Assembly (NCBI RefSeq): GCF_004010195.1
Contig: NC_057710.1
Location: forward strand, 94,507,145 to 94,571,144
Direction of reading: 5' to 3'
Source: Chiloscyllium plagiosum
Lineage: Eukaryota
Length of the DNA: 64,000 bases
The position numbers and the translations under genes are program-made. How positions within the stretch are numbered: position 1 is the stretch's first letter; every line of letters starts with the position of its first letter. Of this stretch, positions 27,765 to 38,620 are shown in pieces. Below the pieces are notes generated by a model, which saw only the letters and a list, made by a program, of their open reading frames with translations, ran no database searches and was not told where the DNA came from.

Positions 27765-27843
27765 GTTTTCTGGGTTCATTGTTTGAACGGCCTGTTCCAT
27801 TCGGTTATTCTGTTTTGGTTCCCACTGAAAGCCCTCGAGCATG
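27765..27843 (+). CDS. ATP8A1: ATP8A1 internal exon C ([26 protein letters not shown] + G)
   Basis: ttcttttcccatag| ... |gtgagc; 79 nt, phase 0/1; TM7 peptide continues exon B. Confidence 0.96.
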
Positions 27844-29358
27844 GTGAGCAGCATAGACAAACATAAATGTTTAGTGAGATCTTTTCAGATTATCTTATTT
27901 CTTCATGCATACAATCTATGGTTTGTTGAGTTGGTTTTTTCCTCCTAACTGACAAATATGAGATTAAATATTTAATCAACTGTTCAACTTCAGCCTTGTT
28001 TGTCCAGAGCTTAATGTTTCACCAATGTTTATTGGAACAAAAACTCTCAATACTTGCATGAAAGTGAAACAAAACAAAACATAAAAAAACTGTAAAATTA
28101 CTAATGCAGAAAAGTAAATGCTGTGGGTAGTTTGAATGCTTGGGTTTCTATTTTTTTAAAACAATCAATTTGCCATGCATACAAATTTTGCTCAACTATT
28201 TCTTCAGAGTTGGTCTTTACTAAGCTGTGTAAAAACAGCATTATAAGACAGATCAATAGCAGTATAAATTGAGTTTCCTCTTTCAAGCTCTACAGCATTC
28301 CTTTTTAAATGGGAGAGAAGAATGCAAGGGTGACATTGATAAGCTGACAGAGCCCAGCAAAAGATAATTCATTGCTTATGCTGCAACAGTCACTAGGAAA
28401 GCCTGAGTAAAGCAGTTTTTTGTTAGTTTCCTATAAGAAGTTATAAAGTAGGCATTTGGCAATTCATTGACATTTGGTAGATGTGCACCCTGAACACAGG
28501 TATAGTATGGATCTTTAAATCCTGAAATTGGTCCCTTTTTTTGCACCCATAAAATGGTTGCAACTATCCTGTGCCTTCTGGTACCTTTTCTTTTTAATGT
28601 AGAAATTCAAAAGTGGATTTCACCATAATTTTCTACAGTATTCATTCCGTTATCTGGGAATTGTTTCCTGAAAGTTTGTATTTGCAAATGATTTATTCAA
28701 CTTCTTCCATCCTCCCTGTAAATTTGGGCTGCTGCTTGTTTTACTTCCTAAGAAATATTGAAAAAAGTGAATGTTTGCGTGACAGTGGTCTCCTTAGATA
28801 CCTCTAAGGTAGCAAGGTGGTCTTAAGGATCGTTTGAAAGTTAAGGTAAATAGTATCAAATACATTGATGTAATATATTTCATTTATTGCAGCATTAAAA
28901 AAATCAGTCATTGTTTTGCCATGGATATACAAAAGCCTTTGCTGCATTAGATTTATTGTCCAAATTCTCATTAAATGTCTTTAGCTCACTTCTCACTGAC
29001 AGCACATACAAAACTGGCAAGTCTGAATTTCTCAAAATCATTCTTCCAATTTGGTTTAAAAGTTTGAAGAAACATTGCACTGTGCATTTCACTAAAACTA
29101 CCTCAGTGTACAGTAATATGTAAGGATAAAAGAAATTCTGCTGCAGCTATTACATCTTTATTATAATAATCCTGGAGGGACAGTTTCTGTGATGTCCTCA
29201 CAGAATAACTTGGTTCTTCTAAATATCAGATCGCACATTAACTAAGAAAAATCTGCTGCTATGATATGACTAGCAGATGTGGGATTATTTTCTTGGAGCT
29301 TTCAACAACTAATAATTTGAACTGTTGAACTCACTTTAGCATTTTTTGCTTCCTGCAG

Positions 29359-29420
29359 ACACAGCATTTGGAAATGGAAAGACGCCTGGCCGCCTACTAC
29401 TAGGAAATATGGTTTATACA
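29359..29420 (+). CDS. ATP8A1: ATP8A1 internal exon D ([D]TAFGNGKTPGRLLLGNMVYT)
   Basis: ttgcttcctgcag| ... |gtaagt; 62 nt, phase 1/0, restores the frame with exon C. Confidence 0.95.
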
Positions 29421-29687
29421 GTAAGTTAGTTTTGTTATTCCCCATAACCTATTAATGAAGGACTAATTCTTGCATGTGTCCTGCTGAATTTCCACATGCT
29501 TATAACTCTGGTATTAAAAAAGTTGATTGCTTTTGCTTTGCTCTCTTTGTGAAGATTTTCTAAAAACAAAATCTAATGAGCTATTCAAACATATTAGAAC
29601 AGGTGGTATCTGACTGTTGTTTTCTCAGTTTCTAATTAAGAAACAGCAAGTTCAAGTTCTTCGATTGTCCTACAGAACCAGTTTACA

Positions 29688-30150
29688 GGGAAGGCAATGG
29701 CACAGTGGTATTATCTCTAGGCTCTTAATCCAGAGACCCAGGTAATGTTTGGGTAATGACCCAGGTAAAGAAGCGCTTCGCAGGAGGCTCCCAAGCACTG
29801 ATGATGTCGCCTAGCCAGGGGACGAAACGTTTGTAACAAAAACTTCCAGCTCGGCGAACAGAACCACAACAATGTTTGGGGGGCCCAGGTTTAAATCCTA
29901 CCATAAATTCAAAACAAATCTGTAACTAAGAGTCTAATGATGACATGGAACCATTGTTGATTGTTGGAAAATCTATCCAGTTAATTAATGTCCTTTAGGA
30001 AAGGAAACTGCTGTCTATATCTGGTTGGCCTACATATGACTCCAGAGCCACAGCAATGTGGTTAATTCTCACCTGCCCTCTGGGCAATTAGGTTTGGACA
30101 ATAAATGCTGGCCTAACCAGTGGTACACATTCCATGAATGATTTTTTTGA
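29688..30150 (+). mobile_element. tRNA-derived SINE with L2-group-like tail, interrupted by a PLE mini-insertion
   Basis: TGGCACAGTGG A box, GGTTTAAATCC B box; aligns with the uninterrupted copy at 35897-36240. Confidence 0.8.
29798..29831 (+). ncRNA. Putative minimal hammerhead ribozyme (family A-related), inside the 29754-29870 insertion
   Basis: CTGATGA-t-GTCgCC-tagcca-GGgGAC-GAAA-CG-TT; palindromic AAACGTTT helix III; activity untested. Confidence 0.6.
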
Positions 30151-31614
30151 AATTTAAGGTTTAAAATTTAAGATTTAAAATGTTTTTTTTATCTCTCCGA
30201 GGAAAGGCAAAGGCTATTTAATGCACTGAAGCTCATCGCATCTACATTGTTAGCTGAACTGTATTTTGGGCTGCTTTATCTCTACCAGATTTTTGCCAGA
30301 TTATTTAAATCACATTTAACACTTTTTAAAGTTAAGGTACTTATTTAAATGTTTGTTTCCCATAGAAATTCTGTTGTCAACACAATAATCATGTATTTGC
30401 TGTCTCCAGACTGATAAATATTTTTGCCTTATCTTGAATCTTTTTACATCCAAATAATAAAACAAATAAGTCTACAAAGCTACATCTTCTGTTAGCTCTA
30501 ACTTGAAGTATTCTATATACCTTCGTATTGAATTTACCCTGATCCTTTTGATCTGCTTCTTTAACTCAACTGTGATCATTTGCAGCCCATCTCATCCCAA
30601 ATGTCTCAAATTATCTCAATTAGAGTCCATTATTATGAAATGCAGTGTTTATAATATACAAACATGACAATGATGACACCGCATTACCCTACAAATAGCA
30701 ATGAGGTAGATATTCACATAATCCTTTTCAAACAATCAAGTTTCTCAATTACATCAACAGTGGAAAAGTTCTTCCAGCAATTCTGTAAAGAACTTTTGGA
30801 AAGAAAATGCAGAATGCTCGAGAACACAGAATTTTCTGTGCTGGACCTTTGGCAATGAAAATGATAATGGGCAGAATGTTTTCCATGTTTAGGAGCCCTA
30901 ATGGATTCTGAATAAAATTCCCCATTTATAAACAATCTCCAAAGCAGGTATCAGTTGGCAGTGCTAGGAAAAGAAATGTCAAATGGCGCTGTAACAGACA
31001 TCTAACTATTGAAGGACTACAGTTGCTGAAAGTTAACTTCAGCAATAAGGATAGTTCCCTAGCTGTTTTCTACTGAACTTGCAGATCAAAAATGTACAGA
31101 TCTAATGAGTATTTTAAATCTTCAATGATTTGGAAAAATCATATGGAATAGCTTAAAGTTTCTAAATAAATGTTATATAAATAATTTTCTAGTTTCCAAA
31201 TTTAACAAATGCATGGAAATGCACATGAACCACCTTTTTTTTGTTATTTTCTAAAGATATGAAAATGTAATTTTATTTTTCTAAACATACATACCTGGAT
31301 GTTCCACCAATACCACAAAACCACATCAACTCTTAATGCAAAATTTAACTAGCATCCCAGCTAGTTGACTTAATCACCAAAGACAGCACATGAAATTTGA
31401 CCTATCAGCAGAGAAATACGTATTTGAGACACTCTTTTCAAGAATATCTACAGACCTTGCACACACATTCATGATCTTAAGTGGTATTGAGATGATAAGG
31501 TATCCATCCTCTGGAACATGAAAACTCAGAATCACAGTGCAACCAGGACAGTCAAGAAACACTGGCTAGCCAGCGCCACCCACATCCCACAAGTGATTAA
31601 GAAAAAAAATTGTT

Positions 31615-32505
31615 ACGTTGCAGAAGGACGCTGTTGGCCCATTGTGTTTGCACCGGCTCTCTGCACATTTTGACTTCGTGCCAAACTCTTACCTTCTCCC
31701 CCAAGTCTGCATGTTGTTTCTATTTAAATAATCATCCACTGCCTTGAATGCCTCAATTGATCATGCCTCCACTATACTTCCAAACATTGCATTCCAAACA
31801 CTTGCTGTATGAAAAGGTTTTTTTTTCCTTAACTCGCATTTGTTTCTTTTGCAAAATGCTTGAAGACTGTGCTGTCTGGTACTCTATCATTTTACTAGCA
31901 GGAACAGACTTGCCTTACCGACTTTGTGCAGACCCCTCATGATTTTGAAAACTTTTAGCAGGTTTCCCCTTCTTGCTTGCTTCTCTCCAAAGAAAACAGT
32001 CACAACTTCTCCAATCTATCCTCATAATTGAAGCTTCTCGTCCCTCAATTTTTGTGAACTTCTGCATTCTCTTAAATGCATTCACATCCCTACCAAAAGT
32101 GTGGTGCCCAGAACAATGCACAAACTCTCAGCTATATATCAAGAAAAGCAAGGATCTCAGGGGATTCCACTGCAAACCTTCTTTCAGCCCAAAAATACCC
32201 ATAAACATTACACTTTGTTTCCTAAACTCAGACTTTCTTAAAAAAAAACTACGCTGTGTTTCTTTATTCCATAATTTGCATCTGTCATGTGTCACTGTAT
32301 CAAATACCTTTTTTAATGTTCATGTACACCTCATCAACAACTTTGCCCTCATTAACTCTTTGTTACCACTTCAAAAAAACTCCAGTCAGACACAATTTTC
32401 CCCAAACAAACCCATGCTGACTCTTATGAATCAATCTGCACTTTTCCAGGTGACTATTAACTCTATTCCCAATAATTGTTTCTACAAGTTTCCCTACCAT
32501 CTCTG
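31615..32505 (-). mobile_element. Degenerate CR1 RT/3' end
   Basis: Minus-strand CR1 3' UTR and CSGHHT/RDVNAFKRMQ remnants. Confidence 0.7.
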
Positions 32506-32927
32506 ATCTACATGTCATCTTGAATTCTGAGATTGCTTTTAATAGATTCAGGTCCAGAGGATAATTAAGCTTTCAACTGCTGTGTAAACTTATGATGTTC
32601 ATGCAGTAATTCATCTCGTTATCTTTTGAGGGGAGAGCATATAATAAACCAGCTTGTAACCGGAAAGTTTGTCAAAGACTGAGCTAGCCATTCACATTGA
32701 TTTTTCAAGTGTATGAAATCATTAAGTTTCCTGTATGATTTATCTTTAGTGGGTGCATCATATCTACAGAGGCACATGAGTTGAATATTGATTTCCCTTA
32801 GTGGATGGACCATTGTTTGGATTGCAGTCTCGCAGGATAGTGCTACACGTGTGCCCTGCAGTATCCTGCACATGTGGCAGAAAGCAACCAGAACCATGTT
32901 GCTTTAAGACCAGAATCACACTAGTTC

Positions 32928-33144
32928 CCAAATGTCACAGAGAGCATAAATTGTAAGACTACATTTAATGTAGTATTTGAGCAGTTTAGCTTGAAGCACA
33001 GCTCATTCTGGAGCACAGATCTTCAATACAATAGCTGAGATGCTCTAAGAGCTCATAGCTTTCACATAACTGAGCACTCAATCATTTCTTAATACCATAT
33101 TGAGTCACCCAATTTGACTGAAAACTGATAACTGTGACATTTGG
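32928..33144. repeat. Imperfect palindrome with 13-bp perfect inverted ends (MITE-like)
   Basis: CCAAATGTCACAG (32928-32940) / CTGTGACATTTGG (33132-33144), with further internal inverted similarity. Confidence 0.55.
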
Positions 33145-33971
33145 CACCTCAGGAGGGCACCAAAATGAATCATTCACTCGTCCATTGTAGCTGAAGATAT
33201 CTACAAATGCTTCCACCTGGTCTTTTTCAGTTACGTGCTGGGGTCACTCGCATTCTTGTGGTGGAATCAATTCCTCAGTTAATTATTTACCACTATGCAT
33301 AGAATGTAATCACACAGCAGAACATTGATATGATCTGTTAGTTGTGAGATCACTTAGTTCTGCTGCAACTCTTCAGCATGTGTGTAGGTTTCTGTTGAAA
33401 CCTCGCCAGATGTGATGTCTGATTCTGAGGTTTGCCTAATACTGCTCTTGGCATGTTCTCCTACACTCCTCATTGAGCTGGAGTTGATGCCTGTTTTAAT
33501 ATTGCTACCATAATGACATAGAATGTCCTGTTAAGTCAGGTGCTGCTTCTGGAGGGCTGCAGATATCCAGTGTCATGCATTTGGCACAGCTCTTTGAGAC
33601 AAAGACCTTTAATCCTGATTGAATCAGAGTTACAGTCAAAACAGGTGGGCCAGTGCCAACAGCTGAGTGCTAGTTAATGACTGTGGAACCTGACCAGTTT
33701 GCACCCAAAGGTTTCTATCTTCACTGGAGATAAAATGCAATGCCCAAGTGAAAAGTCTTTGGGTTAGGAAGAGAAAGGAAGGGAAGTGGGCATGGACTAA
33801 AAATTAGGGCCAGACTGTATAGGAGAGATGTTAAGAAGCACATTTACACACAAAGGGTGATAGAGGTTTGGAACTTTCTTCTACAAATGGCAAATGATGC
33901 TAGATCAGTTGTTAATTTCAAGTCTGAGATAGGTAAATTTTAAATTAAAGTGAAGACATTAAGAGATATAG

Positions 33972-34069
33972 AAGTAGAGTGGTGCTGGAAAAGCACAGGC
34001 AGTTCAGGCAGCATCCGAGGAGCAGTAAAATCGACATTTCGGGCAAAAGCCCTTCATCAGGAATACCTG
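33972..34069 (-). mobile_element. 98-bp PLE-terminal insertion (family B)
   Basis: TSD ATTAAGAGAtATAG (33958-33971) / ATTAAGAGAaATAG (34070-34083). Confidence 0.85.
34033..34060 (-). ncRNA. Putative minimal hammerhead ribozyme, intact core (family B)
   Basis: Minus strand CTGATGA-a-GGGC-tttt-GCCC-GAAA-tg-TC, giving a GUC cleavage triplet. Confidence 0.65.
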
Positions 34070-35562
34070 ATTAAGAGAAATAGGCCAAAGGCAGGTAAAT
34101 GGTGTTAGGCTACAGACCAGCTATGATCACATTTAATGGCAGATCTTGCTTGAGGATCTGAATGGCCTACTCATGTTCCTATATTCTTATGAAATGCACA
34201 GTCTTTAAGTAAATATACATAATTTAGAATAATGCTGCACTCATTAGCTGGATGAAGTTCCAAGAAAGATTTTGATAATGATTCTGCTCACACAAACGCT
34301 GGTCAAGATGTCGACCTTTAAGAGTAATATTGTCTGCTTACTTTCACCCAACCACCAGCAGTATTTTATTTAGCAAAGGCATTGTAAATATTTTATAATC
34401 AACATGTTCAGAGATGGTATAACACACCTCTGGAGCAGATGGGAATTGAAACTGGGTCACCTGGTCCAGAGCTAGGGATATGGGCATTGTAATCTGGTAC
34501 CAGCTGACAGTGAAAGGGGAAGTAAATGTAACTTGTTACCTGAAAACTTCATCTGATGTGATTGACACATGTCAATTGTGAGAGTAGTGGGATGCACACA
34601 AGATTTGTCAGGGAACTGATCCCAGAGCTGCCTGCAAGAGTGAGAAATTCCAAACTGTTGGAATTGAAATTTTTGTTTCTGGATAATTGAACTCTATCTT
34701 TTTAATTTTTTTCCCCAAACTTCTGTATCATCTTGGCTGCCACCTCCAGCTCTGCCAAAACCTGGAGAGAATATCTCAGGAAGACGAGGAAATGGCTATC
34801 AGTAAGATGACCAGAAGCAGGCTCAGGATGTTTTCCACTGTCCTGCTGGCCAGTCAGTGGAGTGGCAGGGTTGAGCAGGTCAGGAGGATGTGAGGATGTT
34901 GGTCTTGATGAGGTCTTGGGAAGAAAGCTTTTTGTTTGTTGTGGAGGAGCTTCACTGAGTGACCTATTACCAGGAAAGTACAAACCTTTGCCGAAACATA
35001 TAGTATAGAAAATAATATTTTTTACAAAGTACTTTAAGGACATGCACTCATATGATGTATAGATTGTTTGGTCAATAATATGCAAATTTTAATTATGTAT
35101 AAACTGTTGCTATGCTGCTTTATCGCATTCTTTCTGGCATCAAGGCTCAGGTTCATTTTCAAGAATTTTTCAATGTAACCTTTCATGAGATATGGACATG
35201 TCTGACAAGGCCAGCTTGTGTTCTCCATCCCAGTTGCCCTTGAGAAGGGCAGTTGGCCTTGATCCTTTGACAACTGGTCACCCAACTTGAAGGTTCCTTT
35301 GTCCAACTGACCCACTGGACCATTCCTTCACTCACTTGCCTTTTCACCCACTCGCCCTTGCATCAACTTATTCACTAATTCATTCAGTGAAACATCTAAT
35401 CTTTAAAGTTTTTTATCAGAAAACAGCTGTTACTGTCAAAACAGGAGGTGGGGAAGGTTTGTACTCTCCTTGCCCAACTCTCCTGTGTTCTCAAGACTTA
35501 TCCTAGAGTGCCTAAGCTGCCCATTTCTGATTCAGCTGGGATCAGAAGCTCCCAGAGGAAGT

Positions 35563-35764
35563 TAAAAATCACACAACACCAGGTTATAGTCCAACAGGTT
35601 TAATTGGAAGCACACTAGCTTTCGGAGCAACGCTCCTTCATCAGGTGATAGTGAGGAGCGACGCTCCGAAAGCTAGTGCTTCCAATTAAACCTGTTGGAC
35701 TATAACCTGGTGTTGTGTGATTTTTAACTTTGTACATCCCAGTCCAACACCGGCATCTCCAAAT
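35563..35764. mobile_element. Palindromic PLE-type mini-element (family D) with hammerhead motif
   Basis: ~75-bp inverted arms plus a one-sided tail; TSD CAGAGGAAGT at 35553-35562 and 35765-35774. Confidence 0.85.
35616..35644 (-). ncRNA. Putative minimal hammerhead ribozyme (family D)
   Basis: Minus strand cac-CTGATGA-a-GGAGC-gtt-GCTCC-GAAA-gc-TA-gtg; cac/gtg can form helix I. Confidence 0.65.
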
Positions 35765-35896
35765 CAGAGGAAGTAGGCAGTGTTGCAAGGTCAGAAGGAA
35801 CTTGGACAGCAGTAATGCACCTAGCCTTGCTCGTGACCACAAGAACATGACTTTAATTTCCTAAGTTTGGTTCAGTAATTTCTGTGGATCGCTAAT

Positions 35897-36240
35897 GGGG
35901 AGGTGATGGCCTAGTGGTATTATCGCTAGACCATAAATCCAGAGACACAGGTAATATTTGGGAGACCTGAGTTTGAAATCTACCAAGGCTTGTAGTGGAA
36001 CTTGAATTCAGTAGAACTCTGGAATTAACAGTCTAATGATGACCATGAAACCATTGTCAATTGTTGGGAAAATACCCATCTAGTTCAGTATTGTTCTTTG
36101 GGGAAGACAACTGGTCTGGCCTACATGTGACTTCAGAGCCACAGCAATGTGATTTACTGTCAACTGCCCTCTGGGCAATTAGGAATGGGCAATAAATGGT
36201 GGCTTAGATAGTAATGTCCAGATCACATGAACGAAGGAAA
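35897..36240 (+). mobile_element. tRNA-derived SINE (same family as 29688-30150)
   Basis: TGGCCTAGTGG A box; tail gggcaattaggaatgggcaataaat; degenerate copies at ~20470-20600 and ~51000-51360. Confidence 0.8.
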
Positions 36241-38066
36241 AGTATGATAGCTATATTCTTACATGCGGCTGTACCCAAATTGAAAATACCGGATCATTGA
36301 GATAAGACAAAGAGGTAGACAGCTGAAACCTGAGTCAAGCAAGTTTAGTACAATAACAAAAATTGAGATAAGGACCTGAGATAAAATATGAGCTCTGGTA
36401 CGTAACCAGAAAAGGAAACAAAAGGGATATACAGCAAGTGGAACATTTGTGACATTGACGTACTGGGAATTGTGATGGGAAGCTGCAGTTGATGAGTCAG
36501 AAATTTCAACTCACTGCTGGGAAATATGAGAGGATAAGAGCTGTTACCCTGCAGCACCTTCAAATGCCATTGTACATGTCAAAGTCCATCATTCACTTAG
36601 TCCAGTATACCACAAAACAGCTGAAAATCTTGGAAGAATCTGTTAAAAGCACTGCTAAAAATATTAACCACCACAAGATTCACTGAAGTCATTTATTACT
36701 CAACGTAATAAGTCTCCATCCCTCAAAGGTGAATTATTCTGGCTGCTCAGAGGGCCAGTACACTCTAAGGTTACACAAAGTGCTGCCTGTCAGAGAAATT
36801 TAAAGCAGTTGTGATCACAGATACACATCTTAAAAACCTATCCAAACAATGACTCCAGTGATACAAAACCTGTTGTGCAAAGTGTGTAGTCAGAGACAAA
36901 AACCCAGCAATTCCTGAAAAAAAATGCAAATGTTCAAACTATTAACAATGAAGGAAACCTAGATTGTTGATTGCTATCTTAATATCAACAGTCAATAGTG
37001 CAGTGCAATTTTCATTCTGAAATTTTATTTATCAGGATTGAAATGTCTCTGTTTAAGCAAAGTGAACTTTATTTCTTTTGAGCAGAGCTTTTTTTAAAAA
37101 AAAAAATCACTTTTTCAGTCAATGGATCTCTGGGCTAACAACTAGACTGAGTGTAGTAATTAATATTTCTTTAGTGTTCTCAGCCTTTCTTAATCAGACA
37201 CAAAGCTTCTGATGTATTGGTTGAAAAGTCATCTCTCCCTTGTGTTTTCTGCAATTGAGCACTATGAAGAGAATAACAGTGAACAAGTGACAATTGCACA
37301 GGAAGAGTGTTGTCGTAGCCTCAAGGGATTGGGAGGAGAATTACTGAATTACATCTGGAGGGAAGAAGTCAGCATTGTGCTCAGGAAACCTTAACCCATT
37401 ACTTTCATTACACTGCTGTTTGAAATGTTAAACTTCAAAGAATTTTGAGAGCTTTAAACTTGAACATTTGTTCAGAAGAAGAAGAAAAAAAAATCACATT
37501 TCTGAATGTTGCCAGAATTATGCACAGAATATCTGCAGGGGTTCCAGAAGTCACTTGCTGTAGTTTAAGGTGGGCGTTGGCAGGTGGAACCCACCAGAAG
37601 AGGGCGGGGTCCTGATGAAACTGAATTTTTGCCATATTTGTTATAAATGAAGCTACATCTCTCTCAACCTCTTGCAAGGTATTTTTCTTCAGGGTGGAGA
37701 TAGAGGCAGGGATTCACAAGATCAGGTGTACCATGTGTTGAGCTGGTGGCTGATGCGGCAGGCTAGCTTACAACTGAGCCAAAGGGAATATGACAGTCAG
37801 AGCTTTGGCAGGTTTACTTTTTATGGGTCACCTGAAGATCGGCTGATATTAGTGCTTTCATATGCATGTCAGGAATCCTTCACTAAAACCTATAACTTGC
37901 AGCAGGGTTATCAGTGAAAGGCAGTATTGTTCTGAGGGATTTGGGATCTGTTTGTACACAGGAATCAACACTTTATATTTATCATGCTAACAACATTATT
38001 TTGGTGAATTTTATGTGACCAAAGTACAGAGTCGATTAACATTTATGAATTTTGTTCTCTCCACAG

Positions 38067-38123
38067 TTTGTGGTCATCACCGTTTGCTTAAAAGCTGGTT
38101 TAGAGACCTCATCCTGGACTCTT
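38067..38123 (+). CDS. ATP8A1: ATP8A1 internal exon E (FVVITVCLKAGLETSSWTL)
   Basis: ttctctccacag| ... |gtaagt; 57 nt; TM8 end. Confidence 0.96.
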
Positions 38124-38334
38124 GTAAGTAGAGATAATCCATGAACTAATCCTAAAAATGAACATCAAACAAGTTTAGAAATCACATCATTTTGTTATTT
38201 ATGATTTGTTTGTCACTACAATCAAGAAGAAACTATGCATGTTTCAGACTTGTATTAATAGGCATAACATTTTACGCAGTTTGTCATTATAATGAGCAAG
38301 CAGAGCAAGAATTGTACTTATCGCTACGTTTTCA

Positions 38335-38620
38335 GATCAATGAAGGGATTAAGAGCAAATAATAATTTAGCCATCAAGGATCTGGCTGTGACACAGTCAC
38401 AGAATAAAGGACACACTATTTAGAACTCAAACGAAGAAGAACCTATTCACTCATAGCATGATGAAGTTTTGAAATTCTCTACCTGACTGATCAATGCTAA
38501 TCAGTCATTACGTAAGTTCAAGACTGAGTTTGATAGAGCTGTGGTTAATAAACCAAGATCTAAAATGACAGAGCAGGCTCGAGGGACTGAATGGATTTCT
38601 CCTGCTCTTATGTTCCTAAA
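38335..38620 (+). mobile_element. Degenerate CR1 3' end
   Basis: ...gcaggctcgagggactgaatggatttctcctgctcttatgttcct terminus. Confidence 0.65.

Larger units (their letters stand above)
33790..34190 (+). mobile_element. CR1 3' end, interrupted at 33972-34069
   Basis: CR1 3' UTR motifs on both sides of the insert. Confidence 0.75.

Noticed and set aside
31973-32506. 177-aa + strand ORF
   Set aside because: Antisense to a decayed CR1; no protein-like motifs or splice context.
36340-36930. Possible Gypsy integrase/C-terminal remnant
   Set aside because: Only vague similarity; no intact motif or associated LTR.
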